64,000 nucleotides of DNA, taken from Candidatus Brocadiia bacterium (lineage in GTDB: Bacteria; Planctomycetota; Brocadiia; CAIUPP01). The DNA is taken from contig JBEKCB010000011.1 of the NCBI GenBank assembly GCA_050015075.1, positions 36,640 to 100,639 on the forward strand, in the 5' to 3' direction. Of this stretch, positions 37,506-48,163 are shown piece after piece (the stretch's first letter is position 1; each line of letters starts with the position of its first letter). Below the pieces are notes generated by a model. The model made no database searches. It was not told where the DNA came from and was given only the letters and a program-made list of their open reading frames with translations. The translations under genes were made by a program, and so were the position numbers.

Positions 37506-38048
37506 TCAGGGCGCGATCTCCCTGGCGAAGCGCCGCAACTCGGCAACGATTGAGGGAGAAGCCTCCGCGGCGCCCGCTTCCCGGGCGATGACTCGAAGGT
37601 GGCCCTGGACGTTCACGCCGTACCATCTCAACCAACTTTCGACACACGCCTCGTGCGGCTCAAATCCGGAATCGCCGGCTACGCTGACGGTGTGGCCGGT
37701 TTTGCCCGCCAGCACCCGGCCGCAGGCAAAGTAGGCGTGCGAACGATCAATCAGGTCCTTGTGCCTGCCCGGCGGCCCGAGCCAATACACCGGCGAGAAC
37801 TGGATGATGATGTTGGCTGCCATGATGCGGCGCCAGAGTTCGTGAAAATCGTCGTCGCGGATCACGCAGTCTTTCAACTCCATGCACTTGCGGCACCCGA
37901 GACAGTGCTTGATGTCATAATCCTTGAGCCGCGCGACTTCGACCTCAAGCGCTGGACGCGTTCGCAATTCCTCGGCGACAACCCGCGCACAGAAGTCCGT
38001 GTTTCCGCCTTTACGAGGGCTGCAGGACAAACAGAGAACTCGCGTCAT
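37506..38048 (-). CDS. NADPH-dependent FMN reductase / iron-sulfur flavoprotein family
   Basis: N-terminal LSCSPRKGGNT motif typical of the flavodoxin-like FMN reductase family. 180 aa. Confidence 0.7.
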   Translation of the reverse strand: MTRVLCLSCSPRKGGNTDFCARVVAEELRTRPALEVEVARLKDYDIKHCLGCRKCMELKDCVIRDDDFHELWRRIMAANIIIQFSPVYWLGPPGRHKDLIDRSHAYFACGRVLAGKTGHTVSVAGDSGFEPHEACVESWLRWYGVNVQGHLRVIAREAGAAEASPSIVAELRRFAREIAP

Positions 38049-38075
38049 GGTCAGCCTCCGGACACCGGCAATAGG

Positions 38076-39209
38076 TCAGTTGCGTTTGCCTGAAACGTGA
38101 TAGTTGCGAACTCTTTTCATCAATTGGTTTGCCTGCTCAACCGAAATAGATTGTCCCACGTCGTACCAGACGTTAGGCGGCAACGTTCCTGCATCCATGC
38201 GCGACAGGAAATCGTTCAGAGAGCACGTGGTCCGAATAGGAATATCGCCCACCGCGGCGCGCATTTTCGGCAGGTGCTCGATCTCCGGCGTTGGATCTTT
38301 GGGATCCCCGCCAAACTGGAACAGCTCCAGTCCGGGCAGCTTGGCCGCCACCGCTGCCAAGTCGGCGCGGTTGCAGTGAAAATGCAACAGGCCATGTCCG
38401 AAGTGCCGGATGAGGCGACTTTGATATTCGAATCCCAAACGCGCGTAACATTCCGGGGAACAAACAACGTAAGCATCCACGCTGAGGGAAACCGCCCTGG
38501 GAAAGGGGACCCAATCGCCCAGCCAGACAAAACAGCCGTTTCCAAAGCCGCCGATGCGCTCCATCTGGGCTTCCTGGAACCGAATGTTGAAATCAAGTCC
38601 GATTTCCATGAGTTGCCTTAGACCATCCGGATGTTCATAGATATCCAGATAGGTTTGCGTAGCGCCGCGCATTTCGCAGGCGAAATGGAGGGCGTCCATC
38701 GTCAAACATGGGTGCTGGGCAAGCAGACCGCCGGCGTGCTCCGTAAAATATTCCTGGACTGAGAGAAATCTCCGCGTCCACGGATAGTCCAAAGAGAACC
38801 TGCAATCCGACAGGGACGAATAATCCGGCATGAGAACTTCCGGCAGACTGAAGGCCGCCTGATGCCGCCGATGCAGGAACTCCATGTCTTTGCCGAAGAG
38901 TCCGCGGATCATGCTTTCGCCGGCGTCGAGAATTGAGTAGGACACGGGCAGCCAGTCGTCCTGCACCGTGCCGCGCTTCGCCATCCCTATTGTCTCGCGA
39001 TCGAAGATTTCCTCATTAGATGGAAAACCGCGGCGGCTGCCTACCTCATATACGCCCCATTTTCGGTCAAAGCGATCCCATTCATCGCGCGTGTCCACAG
39101 AGACGGAACCGAATGAGACAAGAATGCTGTCCTGCATCTCGCGTTTAAAAAACCGGGATCGCCTGTCCAATGTCTCGTCGAGGTTGGATTTCCATTTCAG
39201 TCCCAACAT
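38076..39209 (-). CDS. Hypothetical protein (377 aa), first gene of the low-GC island
   Basis: Long ORF with clear coding periodicity and roughly 50% GC. No family recognised. Confidence 0.5.
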   Translation of the reverse strand: MLGLKWKSNLDETLDRRSRFFKREMQDSILVSFGSVSVDTRDEWDRFDRKWGVYEVGSRRGFPSNEEIFDRETIGMAKRGTVQDDWLPVSYSILDAGESMIRGLFGKDMEFLHRRHQAAFSLPEVLMPDYSSLSDCRFSLDYPWTRRFLSVQEYFTEHAGGLLAQHPCLTMDALHFACEMRGATQTYLDIYEHPDGLRQLMEIGLDFNIRFQEAQMERIGGFGNGCFVWLGDWVPFPRAVSLSVDAYVVCSPECYARLGFEYQSRLIRHFGHGLLHFHCNRADLAAVAAKLPGLELFQFGGDPKDPTPEIEHLPKMRAAVGDIPIRTTCSLNDFLSRMDAGTLPPNVWYDVGQSISVEQANQLMKRVRNYHVSGKRN

Positions 39210-39239
39210 AATGTCACTCGATGCCTCTAAGGTTGTTGA

Positions 39240-39869
39240 TTAGGTTGTGTACCTGTCCTTGAGCTTGTGCGCGGGATTGCCTATCATGACGGCATTCGGC
39301 GGCACATCCCTGACGACGATTGCGCCCATGCCGACGAAGCTGTCCTTGCCGATGCGCAGGTACTGGCGCACGGTGCAGGCCTGGCCCAGGTAAGCGCCGG
39401 CTTCCACGTGGACGCCGCCGGCAAGGGTCACGTTGCTGCACAAGCATACGCCATCCTCCAGCACGTTGTCATGGTTGATGACGCTGCCGCTCAGGCTGAA
39501 AACGCGGTTGCCCAGGACGGCATTGTGGCCGATGAAGCAGCCGGGATAGATGACGCACGCGTTGCCGATCTTCGCGGAACGCGAGACGAATGCAGTGGGG
39601 TCGAAGATCGCGGCGGCGCGCTCCATCGGAAACGGGTCCTTGAATTCATTGCCGATGGCCAGGGCGGCGTTGGGGTGCTTCGCCAGGTCGTCAATCGTGC
39701 CGAGGACGGGGTAGCCGGCGAGCGTCAGTCCCCGGCATTTCTCGTACCTGGTCTTCTCCGGAAAGAAGCCCAGCAGATTCCACGCCGGGCTGACGCGGTT
39801 GATGCGCTCGACGATCTCGGCCATTTCCATGGCATGGCAGCCGACACTGCAGATGATCAGGTCTTGCAT
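39240..39869 (-). CDS. neuD: Sugar O-acyltransferase, NeuD/PglD hexapeptide-repeat family
   Basis: N-terminal Rossmann-like ICSVGCHA… with left-handed beta-helix hexapeptide repeats (…IGNACVIYPGCFIGHNAVLGN…), characteristic of NeuD-family acetyltransferases. Confidence 0.8.
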   Translation of the reverse strand: MQDLIICSVGCHAMEMAEIVERINRVSPAWNLLGFFPEKTRYEKCRGLTLAGYPVLGTIDDLAKHPNAALAIGNEFKDPFPMERAAAIFDPTAFVSRSAKIGNACVIYPGCFIGHNAVLGNRVFSLSGSVINHDNVLEDGVCLCSNVTLAGGVHVEAGAYLGQACTVRQYLRIGKDSFVGMGAIVVRDVPPNAVMIGNPAHKLKDRYTT

Positions 39870-40043
39870 GGCGTCGTCCTACTGAACCGGGATTTTCCAC
39901 CTTCCAAAAGTGAACCGGTTTTCAAACGTGAGATTAGACGGTCGAGTTGCCGCTGTCAAGTCGCCTTCGGGCGGCGGCCCCGGTGCTTGCTTTGGGGCAC
40001 GCAGTATGGTAGCTTTTGGCGAGGTTTATAAAAAGGACAAATT

Positions 40044-40799
40044 ATGGCAACACCGTCAAAGGAACTGCCGCTTCCGGGAGAGGTGTTCAGCGTTAAAGGT
40101 TGCACTGCGTTCCTCATTCTGCCGAAACAAGTCACCGCCGGCGGCAAGACGCCGTGGGTATGGTACGCGCCCACGCTTCCGGGCTTGCCGGGTCCGGAAG
40201 AGAAGTGGATGTTTGAGAAGTTCCTAAATGCCGGCATTGCGGTTGCCGGGATTGATGTCGGCGAATCCCATGGCAATCCCTCAGGTCGGGCTCTATTTTC
40301 CGATTTGTACCAGGAGCTTACTTTGAAACGCGACCTCGCGAAGAAGGCCTGCCTGCTGGTGAGAAGCCGCGGCGGGTTGATGCTTTATAACTGGGCGGTT
40401 GAGCATCCGTTGTCCGTGGCGTGCGTGGCGGGAATCTATCCGGTATGCAATCTTAACACTTACCCGGGTCTCAAGAACGCATCCGCCGCATACGGCATGA
40501 CCGAGGAGCAATTCAAGGCTAAAATGGCTGAGCATAATCCCATTGACCGCATAGAGCCGCTGGCTAAAGCCCATGTCCCCATCTATCATATACATGGCGA
40601 TAGCGACACCGTGGTGCCTATCGAGAAGAACTCCGGCGAATTGGCGGAACGATATCGCGGATTAGGCGGAGTAATGACACTTAATGTAGTCAAAGGGCAG
40701 GGGCACAATATGTGGTCGGGCTGGTTTCAGTGTCAGGAACTCGTGGACTTCGTGATTGCTGAAGCGCATAAAGGCAAGCCTGAAAGGGCGCCAAGGTGA
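40044..40799 (+). CDS. Alpha/beta-hydrolase fold esterase (dienelactone hydrolase/acetyl-esterase-like)
   Basis: Nucleophile elbow context (…VRSRGGLMLYNW…) and C-terminal HGDSDTVVP…H catalytic His/Asp arrangement. Confidence 0.65.
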   Translation: MATPSKELPLPGEVFSVKGCTAFLILPKQVTAGGKTPWVWYAPTLPGLPGPEEKWMFEKFLNAGIAVAGIDVGESHGNPSGRALFSDLYQELTLKRDLAKKACLLVRSRGGLMLYNWAVEHPLSVACVAGIYPVCNLNTYPGLKNASAAYGMTEEQFKAKMAEHNPIDRIEPLAKAHVPIYHIHGDSDTVVPIEKNSGELAERYRGLGGVMTLNVVKGQGHNMWSGWFQCQELVDFVIAEAHKGKPERAPR

Positions 40800-41335
40800 T
40801 ACCGGAGAGGCCAGTGGAAGTCGTTCGTTACAATCCGCGCTGGCCGCAAATGTTCGAGGAACTTCAAGCCGTATTGCAGAATGCTCTCGGTATCTCATGC
40901 CGGAGAATCGAACACGTCGGAAGCACTTCCGTGCCGGGGTTGGATGCCAAGCCGATCATTGATATGGATGCAGTCGTTGCAGCTAAGGACCTGCGCCAGG
41001 CCATAGAGATTCTCGCCCGCCTTGGCTATATTCATCAAGGCGACCTGGGTATTCATGGACGTGAGGCTTTTGCTCGCGAGACGGAGGACGTACCACATTC
41101 CGGGCGCAAACGCACGTGGCCGGCTCACCATCTCTATGTCTGTCCTGAAGACAGCCCTGAGCTGGCGCGACACCTTGCTTTTCGCGATTGCCTGCGCGCG
41201 AATCAAGAACTCGCGACACAATACGGCACGCTGAAATCCGATCTGGCGAAACGATATAAGTCGGATCGAGAAGCCTATACGCTTGCCAAGACAGACTTCA
41301 TTGAAAACGCATTACGCGTCAAGTGTGTCTCTTAG
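40796..41335 (+). CDS. grpB: GrpB family protein (UPF0157; nucleotidyltransferase-like)
   Basis: IEHVGSTSVPGL.AKPIIDM…L…GY……GDLGI.GREAF is the GrpB signature. 4-bp overlap with the esterase gene. Confidence 0.8.
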   Translation: MIPERPVEVVRYNPRWPQMFEELQAVLQNALGISCRRIEHVGSTSVPGLDAKPIIDMDAVVAAKDLRQAIEILARLGYIHQGDLGIHGREAFARETEDVPHSGRKRTWPAHHLYVCPEDSPELARHLAFRDCLRANQELATQYGTLKSDLAKRYKSDREAYTLAKTDFIENALRVKCVS

Positions 41336-41340
41336 TGGGT

Positions 41341-43905
41341 TTAAAGTTTTGCCGTAACGCCCGTCACGCCGAACAGAGTCACGGCTGCATCCGTTGTCCC
41401 CTCCGCAGCCAGCCACACCGCCTTGATCGCAGTATCTTTCCGCGGATTTATCCATTCGTAGCCATAGACGGTGATGTCGCGCCCATCGTCCGTCTTCTCC
41501 TGCGCAAACGGATCGGCAAGATACGTGGCGATATAACCCGCGTGGCGATACATAGTGTGCGTCATCGGCTGCGCATGCCGCCGATTGATCGCCGCAAGGG
41601 TGACGCCGTATTCAATCGGCACCTTTATTTTCCGGCCGCCCTCAAATTCGACAATATAGACGCCGAGCGGCATGCGGTCCGACCTGGTAAGTTCTGCATT
41701 GGCGCCGGCCGAGTGCAGGAAAATGAGACTATCGAATTTCCGCCCAACCGCGATCCGCACTTCGGAAGGATGCCTGCGGTCGCGCACCGCCGGGCCTTCC
41801 ACCGTGACGCCGCTTCCGAGTCTGAACGGCACACCGTGGAATGCTCCCCGTCGCGGCGCACGCGCGGCGCCGACCTTCAGCGTCGTGAACGTTCGCCGCG
41901 CCGCCTGTGAGGGGAACAATTCGCCGTGCAAGCGCGAGCGTATACGCGGCAACATGGCCGAGATGATGTCGTCATAGGTGAACCGCAGATTTGCGCTATA
42001 GGCAGCGGACCACATCATGTTCGCTGAATAGATGAAATCATATAGCTTGCCCAGGCGCGCGAAAGTGGATTCGTCCGCGTGCGCCCAAGTCGAGACCTCC
42101 GCGCCGATGATTCCTTTCTTGGAGCGCCGCGTCTCATAGCGCGGATAGTGGCTCGAATACATATTTCCCATGATCACCTTGAAGCCGCGCTCGAGCAGGG
42201 GGTCTTCGATGTCCTTGTCCACGTGAAAATACCAGATGAAATCGAGCAGGACGATATCCTTCGGGATGAGATCAATGGCCGGCGGAGTTAGATACGTGGT
42301 CACGGGCTGGAGCATGTCGCTCCAGATCATCATGCCGAGTGCCTTCTTCTTCAGATGAGCATATACTTTGTTCACGTGCAATGCGAAGAGTTCCGCCGGG
42401 GCGCGGTTCCGGCAGCGCTCGCAGACGCCGATCTGGTAGACCTCGTCATGTCCCATGTGCACGTAGCGCGCGGGTTTCACCACGTCCACAATCTCGTCAA
42501 TGAGGTCGAATATGATTTCATAACTCTTGTCATGCAACGCACAGTAGCAATGCGGGTAAAACTCGTCAGGTTTCTTGTCTGCCTTCTCGATCTCAACGTC
42601 GCCGGCCGAGGCGAGTATGGGTTCCTTCTCGGCAATCTCCGGATAGGTCATGGTTAGGTACTGGACGTGGCTCAGCGACTGGACCTCCGGGATCACCTCA
42701 AGGCCATAGGACTTGGCATAAGCAACCAGGTCGCGCACCTCGTCCTTGGTGAGACAACCGTCGCTGGTCACCATGTCGCCGTGCGGCACGGGCGGCCACT
42801 CACCGAGCGCCGCCTTGCGGTTGGCGCGCAGCCACGCTTCGTTGATCTCGGGGCGCCGGTCGAACCGCATGCCCGCGGCGAACTCAAGGAAGATCGTGTT
42901 CATGCGCATGGGGGCCAGCACGTGGCGGATCAGGCGCTTGACGAACGGGATATCCCGTCGCCGCGGCAGACAAATATGCACGCCGCGTATTTCCGACGCC
43001 GGGTAATCGTCAATCGCACAGGCGGGCACATCAGGCACGCCGCCGGACGCCCGTAAGAGCGCGAGGAGCGTCTCTGCGCCATAGACCAGCCCGCGGCGGT
43101 CGGCCGCAAAAAGCCGGACGGTCTTTCCGTCCGCGCGAAGCACATAGCCTTCGGGTTTGACGCCGGATGATCTTCCGCCGAGCGCCTTTATCTCGCCCGC
43201 TTTGCCGAGGATGACCATCCCTGCTGTATTTGTTATCTCGGTCTCTTTAGCGATCGGAATCTGCGCGCCGAAGTCCTCGGCGATCTTCTCGGCGAGCAAA
43301 TGCGCGGCAAACATCGTATCCTCCGACGCGTTTTCGCCGGTGACTATTCCTGCAATCTTTAGCGCCGGCAGATTGCCGCGGCGGGATGTGAATTCGATCT
43401 TCGCCGGGATGGGATAGATGACCGGCGCGTCAAGCTCGCGGCCGAAAATGGCCATGTGCTTGAACACGATGTTCCGGAAGCAGGCGGTGAAGCGCATGAC
43501 CAGCACGCGCGCCGTCACGCCAAGCGGGACGACGACGGCCTCATCGGCGATCATGCCGCTAACACCCGGTTCGAGACGTCCCGCCGTACGGAACGTTTTG
43601 CCGTCGGAAGAAACGAGCGCCTCGACGCCCGCGAACGCGGAAGGTGATGCCGTGTCCTGCCTGATGACGACGCGGTCAATAAAGCAGGTGGTCTTCAGGT
43701 CTATCAGCACGTCGAGGCCGACATCGTAGAGCGAGCCGCCTTTCCAACCTACAGGTCCGGCGCGGAAAAGGCCGCCCTTTGCGAATGGGATGATGCCGCG
43801 GACGCCGCCGCGATCGGGCAGAAGATCGGGAAAGAAGAACTTGTTCGTTCCGCGATGGTAGTAGGTATACGTTCCCGGCAGGCGCGCGAGATCGCCGATA
43901 ATCAT
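41341..43905 (-). CDS. Glycoside hydrolase family 20-like (beta-N-acetylhexosaminidase-type catalytic domain) protein, 854 aa
   Basis: Catalytic-region motif …VHMGHDEV… resembling the GH20 H-x-G-G-D-E region. N-terminal beta-sandwich domains. The family call is inference. Confidence 0.6.
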   Translation of the reverse strand: MIIGDLARLPGTYTYYHRGTNKFFFPDLLPDRGGVRGIIPFAKGGLFRAGPVGWKGGSLYDVGLDVLIDLKTTCFIDRVVIRQDTASPSAFAGVEALVSSDGKTFRTAGRLEPGVSGMIADEAVVVPLGVTARVLVMRFTACFRNIVFKHMAIFGRELDAPVIYPIPAKIEFTSRRGNLPALKIAGIVTGENASEDTMFAAHLLAEKIAEDFGAQIPIAKETEITNTAGMVILGKAGEIKALGGRSSGVKPEGYVLRADGKTVRLFAADRRGLVYGAETLLALLRASGGVPDVPACAIDDYPASEIRGVHICLPRRRDIPFVKRLIRHVLAPMRMNTIFLEFAAGMRFDRRPEINEAWLRANRKAALGEWPPVPHGDMVTSDGCLTKDEVRDLVAYAKSYGLEVIPEVQSLSHVQYLTMTYPEIAEKEPILASAGDVEIEKADKKPDEFYPHCYCALHDKSYEIIFDLIDEIVDVVKPARYVHMGHDEVYQIGVCERCRNRAPAELFALHVNKVYAHLKKKALGMMIWSDMLQPVTTYLTPPAIDLIPKDIVLLDFIWYFHVDKDIEDPLLERGFKVIMGNMYSSHYPRYETRRSKKGIIGAEVSTWAHADESTFARLGKLYDFIYSANMMWSAAYSANLRFTYDDIISAMLPRIRSRLHGELFPSQAARRTFTTLKVGAARAPRRGAFHGVPFRLGSGVTVEGPAVRDRRHPSEVRIAVGRKFDSLIFLHSAGANAELTRSDRMPLGVYIVEFEGGRKIKVPIEYGVTLAAINRRHAQPMTHTMYRHAGYIATYLADPFAQEKTDDGRDITVYGYEWINPRKDTAIKAVWLAAEGTTDAAVTLFGVTGVTAKL

Positions 43906-43962
43906 TCGATCCTCTTAGCAGGGTTATCACCCGGAGATGAAAACCAGCGTGTTTGCGCAAGG

Positions 43963-44053
<91 letters not shown>

Positions 44054-44147
44054 TCGCGTCAGCCGGATTCGGGCAAAGGGAAGAAATTCCCGAAGCCAAA
44101 TAATAACGGTGCGGCGCGTGAAAGGCAAATGCGGAAATGCCGCGCGC

Positions 44148-47100
44148 CTACTTGAGCGGCGTGTAGAGCGGGTCGCCGATGACGATCGTCTGGCCGCAGA
44201 GGTACGGAATGCACATGTAAGCCGTCTCCGCCCAAGTGGAGTCGGCTTTCATGGAGTGGAAGAGGTTCGCCACCACGGGCACGCCATCGGGGCCGGGATC
44301 CGCCACGTTGCCGATGGCGGCGCAGGCGCCCGCGCCCAGCGCAGCGGCGACCCACGACGCCTTTCGGTCGCGCAGCGACGAGGCGCTCACGCGGTCCAGG
44401 TTGACCGCCAGCGCGCCCTTCACCCAGGAGAAGACCTCCGGCTTGTATTCGCCCACACCCGCGCCGAGGAAGAAGAACGTGTTGACGGCCTGGTCCGGCC
44501 GGAAGAACGGCGGCGAATCCTTCACCGGCGGGACCACGCGGCCGATCAGCCGGTCCAGCTTGGCGAGCGCGCGATAGTTGACCCGGATGGCCGAATTGAT
44601 GCTTGCCGAGTTCTCGTCCTCGAACGGCAAATCGGAGAACCGGGCGAACCCGCGCGCGCCGAACGAGTGGTCCTTCTCGACGGCCATCGCGTCGCGGACC
44701 AGCGAGAGTTCGCGGCCCGGCGCCAGCGCGTCCTCCTGGACCGACGGCCCATCTAGCCTCGTGACGAGATACATCCCGAAGAGCGTGGAGTTGAACGGCT
44801 CGTCGCGGTTGAGGTAGGGATTTTCGAACTGACCGCTGAGCGTGCGCGGCTGGGCGAGGAGCGTCAGTTCGGAGTCCACCGCCGTCCCCGGCCGCGCGAC
44901 GCCGCCCCGGACGGCGCCGGGCGCAATCCGCAGCGGCACGCCCGTTGTCGTCACGATGAACGAAATGGCTCGCGAGATCTTCTTCACGGCGAGATAGGTT
45001 CGGATCGGCGCCTGGACGTCCTCCTCGAACGCGGCCCGGGCCATGGTTTCATCCGCGGTGCACCGGATGTGGCAGACGTTCTCCGGCGGCAGCTTGCGCA
45101 GCGCGGCGTATTTTTCGCCGATCTTCTGCGAGACGTCCGAGTTGTCGTTGACGACGAGCAGCACGCCTTCCGGCCCGCGCGACGATGCCGCGGCCTCGGC
45201 AGACGGCTGCGGCTCGGCGGGGTCGGACAGGATTTTGCCGACGCCGACGGGCGTCGCCGCCCAGATGTCCGGCCCGTCCACGAAGACCTGGCCCACGTTG
45301 TTGTCGGGCAGCGACGAATGGACCTTGTCGAGGTGCCGGCGAGTCATGCCGTCGCGGTCGAGGGCGTACACGCCCCAGTCGGTGCCGAAGTACTCCCGCG
45401 CCGCGCCCAGGGCCAGCGAGGAGATTCTTTCATCCTCGAGTAACGGCCGCCAGTTCCCGGCCTGGTCCACGACGAAGGCGCCGTGCGCGGTGCCGCCCCA
45501 GATCCGTTCTCCGTCGGAGGCGAGCGCCGTGACGCCGTTGTTCGGCAGAGGCGACTGGCCCACCGCGAAAGTCCGCCACGTGGCGTTGGAGAGGTCGAGC
45601 ACGCTCAGCCCCTGATCGGTTCCGACCCAGGCCTCGTTTCCGCGGACGGCGATCGCCCGGACGGGCGCGGCGCACAGGCCGCCGGCGGCCGGGTGCCAGC
45701 TCCGACCCTGGCCGAGACGGTCGTAGAGGAACAGGCCGGTCGCCGTGCCGAACCACACCCCGTCGGGCGAGTCGGCGATCGCCAGGACATCCTGTCCGTT
45801 GAGCGTGGCGAATGGGCCGATGTCCAGCGGCGCCACTCCGGTGACGTCCCAGCTTCGGAAGACATCGTCCATGATCGGCACGCCGCGCTCGATCACGCCG
45901 GAGCCGAGCGAGCCGAACCAGACGGTCGGCCCGTGGAGCGCGAAGTGGTCCACGGCGGAGACCCAGCCGAGCCGGTCGGTGCGATAGGTGGAGGCGGCGA
46001 AACCCGCGATCCGGTTCCAGGTAAGCCAACCGGTCCGCGCGGGCCGCAGATCGGCCTCGAAGGGCGAATACGCCGCCAGCCCGCCGCGCGTCAGGAGGGA
46101 GCCGAGTTGCGCCTGGACGGTGCCGACCAGGATCCGGTCGCCGATCAGTTTCACCGCGGTCGCGCGGCCGGGCGTCGCCGTCGGCAGCACGAGCCATGAG
46201 CGCCCGCCGTCGCGCGTGAAATTCAGAAAGGCCGTCGTCGAGGGCGGATCATTGGGCGTGGCCTGCGCGCAGACCAGGTTCGGCTCGATGCACGCGAGCT
46301 GCGTGACGCGCGAGGACCAAAGCGATTCCGCCGCGAAGCGCGCCCAGGTCTGCCCGGCGTCGCGGCTGCGGAAGAGCCCGCTGTCCGAGCCGACCCAGAG
46401 GTCATCGCCGGCGGTCATGATCTCATGGACCGGCAATCCGTGGTGCCCCTGGATGCGGAGCGTGCGCCATTTCTCCTGTTCCGGGTTGCCGAGGATCACG
46501 GAGAACCCGCGCGCGGGATCCTGCGGATCGCTCACCGCCGCGCACAGGTTGTCGCCGGCGAGGCAGAGGTGGTGCCACTCCTTCGTCACCTGGAACGAGC
46601 GCCACTCGCTCGCGCGGGGCCGCAGCAGGCTGAGTCCGCGGTTCGTCGCGGCCCAGACGTTTCCTTTGTCCAGCAACAGGTCATGAATGGTGAGCCCGTG
46701 AAGGCCGTTCTGGCGGGAATAGCACCGCCAGTCCTCGCCGCCCTCGATCGCCTGGCAGACGCCGCCGTCGGTGCCGGCCCAGAGCTGGTCGCCTTCGGCG
46801 GCCAGCGTCAGTATGACATTGCTCGGCAGCCCGTCGGCTACGCTCAGCGTGCGCCAGGTCTTGCCGCCGTCGCGCGAACTGGCCAGGCCGCCGGTCGTGC
46901 CGACCCACCAGGTCTCGACGTCGGAATCCTTCGTCACCGCGATCGAAAGGACGTTCGAGCGGACGCTGAATGTCTTAAAGTCGCCGCCGCGCGTCCGGCA
47001 GATCAATCCGCCGCCGGTCGCCATCCAAAGCTGTCGCCCGTCGCGGGCCAGGAGGCGGACCGGGCACGAGATGTTTCCCTCGTGGCGCCAGGTTGCGCCG

Positions 47101-48071
47101 TGGTCGGCGCTGAGGAAAAGCCCCTCGCTCGTGGCGATCCAGAGGCCGCTCTCCGAGGCCGCCAGGTCGAAAGTTTCGTCGGCGCCCAGGCCTGAGCCGA
47201 CGCTGACGGTCGTCCACGTATCGCCGCCGTCGGTGCTCTGCGCCAGGCCGTGACTCGTGGCGGCCCAGAGCCGCTTGCCTTCGAGGATGATGCCGTGCAC
47301 GCGGGCCGAGACGGCATGTCCCACCGCCGAAGCGGTCCCGGTCTTCAGCACCACCCAGGTCTTTCCGCCGTCGGCGCTTCGGAGGACGTCGGGCGCGCCG
47401 CCGTATTGAACGGCCGCGTCGAAGCCGCCCAGCCAGCACGCGCGCCCGGACGGGCCTTCGCCCAGGGTAATGGAGCTGATGTTCGGCGGGAACACGCCCT
47501 TGAGCCGGTCCCATTGGTCGCCCTGGTTGCTCGACTTGTAAAGGCCGGACGACGAACTGACCCAGACCTCGCCAAGATATTCGGCGACAGCCCGGATTTC
47601 GGAACCGGGGCCGCCGGAGTCCCAGCCGCAGAGATCCCATTGGGTCAAGTCCTCGCTGGCGAAGCACAGCCCGTTGAGCGTGCCAACCCAGATGCCGCCG
47701 CGGCCCGGGATGATGCACGTCACGGTGTTGCGGAGGATGGCTTGTTCGCCGGCCGGCGCGGGAGCGGCGGCGGTGTCCGGCGCGCGCCGGCGGCCGCTCA
47801 GTCGCGGCTGGGCCTCCGCGAGTTCCACGCGCGTCCAGCTCTTGCCGCCGTCGTCGGTCCACGCGAGACCGCGGTCCGTTCCGGCCCAGATGCGGCCCCG
47901 GGAATCGCGGGCCACGGCGGTGATCACGTTCGAGAGGAAGTCATCGCGGCCGAGCTGAGGGAAGTGGTCCCACTCTCCGTTTGCCGCCATTGCGAGCCTC
48001 GCCGGCGCCAGCGCGAGCGCGGAGGTGAGCAGAAACGCTGCAGTTGTCATTCGCGCCCAGTGCGCCTTCAT
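44148..48071 (-). CDS. Very large secreted BNR/Asp-box repeat (multi beta-propeller) protein with a distinct ~370-aa C-terminal domain
   Basis: Signal peptide at the M48071 start. About 10 S-x-D-x-G-x-T-W Asp-box motifs (SDDGGKSW, SADGGKTW, STDGGDTW, SRDGGKTW, TRDGGRSW…) interleaved with W.GT..GL propeller blades. Confidence 0.7.
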   Translation of the reverse strand: MKAHWARMTTAAFLLTSALALAPARLAMAANGEWDHFPQLGRDDFLSNVITAVARDSRGRIWAGTDRGLAWTDDGGKSWTRVELAEAQPRLSGRRRAPDTAAAPAPAGEQAILRNTVTCIIPGRGGIWVGTLNGLCFASEDLTQWDLCGWDSGGPGSEIRAVAEYLGEVWVSSSSGLYKSSNQGDQWDRLKGVFPPNISSITLGEGPSGRACWLGGFDAAVQYGGAPDVLRSADGGKTWVVLKTGTASAVGHAVSARVHGIILEGKRLWAATSHGLAQSTDGGDTWTTVSVGSGLGADETFDLAASESGLWIATSEGLFLSADHGATWRHEGNISCPVRLLARDGRQLWMATGGGLICRTRGGDFKTFSVRSNVLSIAVTKDSDVETWWVGTTGGLASSRDGGKTWRTLSVADGLPSNVILTLAAEGDQLWAGTDGGVCQAIEGGEDWRCYSRQNGLHGLTIHDLLLDKGNVWAATNRGLSLLRPRASEWRSFQVTKEWHHLCLAGDNLCAAVSDPQDPARGFSVILGNPEQEKWRTLRIQGHHGLPVHEIMTAGDDLWVGSDSGLFRSRDAGQTWARFAAESLWSSRVTQLACIEPNLVCAQATPNDPPSTTAFLNFTRDGGRSWLVLPTATPGRATAVKLIGDRILVGTVQAQLGSLLTRGGLAAYSPFEADLRPARTGWLTWNRIAGFAASTYRTDRLGWVSAVDHFALHGPTVWFGSLGSGVIERGVPIMDDVFRSWDVTGVAPLDIGPFATLNGQDVLAIADSPDGVWFGTATGLFLYDRLGQGRSWHPAAGGLCAAPVRAIAVRGNEAWVGTDQGLSVLDLSNATWRTFAVGQSPLPNNGVTALASDGERIWGGTAHGAFVVDQAGNWRPLLEDERISSLALGAAREYFGTDWGVYALDRDGMTRRHLDKVHSSLPDNNVGQVFVDGPDIWAATPVGVGKILSDPAEPQPSAEAAASSRGPEGVLLVVNDNSDVSQKIGEKYAALRKLPPENVCHIRCTADETMARAAFEEDVQAPIRTYLAVKKISRAISFIVTTTGVPLRIAPGAVRGGVARPGTAVDSELTLLAQPRTLSGQFENPYLNRDEPFNSTLFGMYLVTRLDGPSVQEDALAPGRELSLVRDAMAVEKDHSFGARGFARFSDLPFEDENSASINSAIRVNYRALAKLDRLIGRVVPPVKDSPPFFRPDQAVNTFFFLGAGVGEYKPEVFSWVKGALAVNLDRVSASSLRDRKASWVAAALGAGACAAIGNVADPGPDGVPVVANLFHSMKADSTWAETAYMCIPYLCGQTIVIGDPLYTPLK

Positions 48072-48163
48072 CGCCTTCTCTTTCGCGTTTTGAAAGTTCC
48101 GACGGATATTGCAACACGTTTCGGGCGGGAGTTCAAGGGAATTGTGCCGGCGTTTGTATGACT

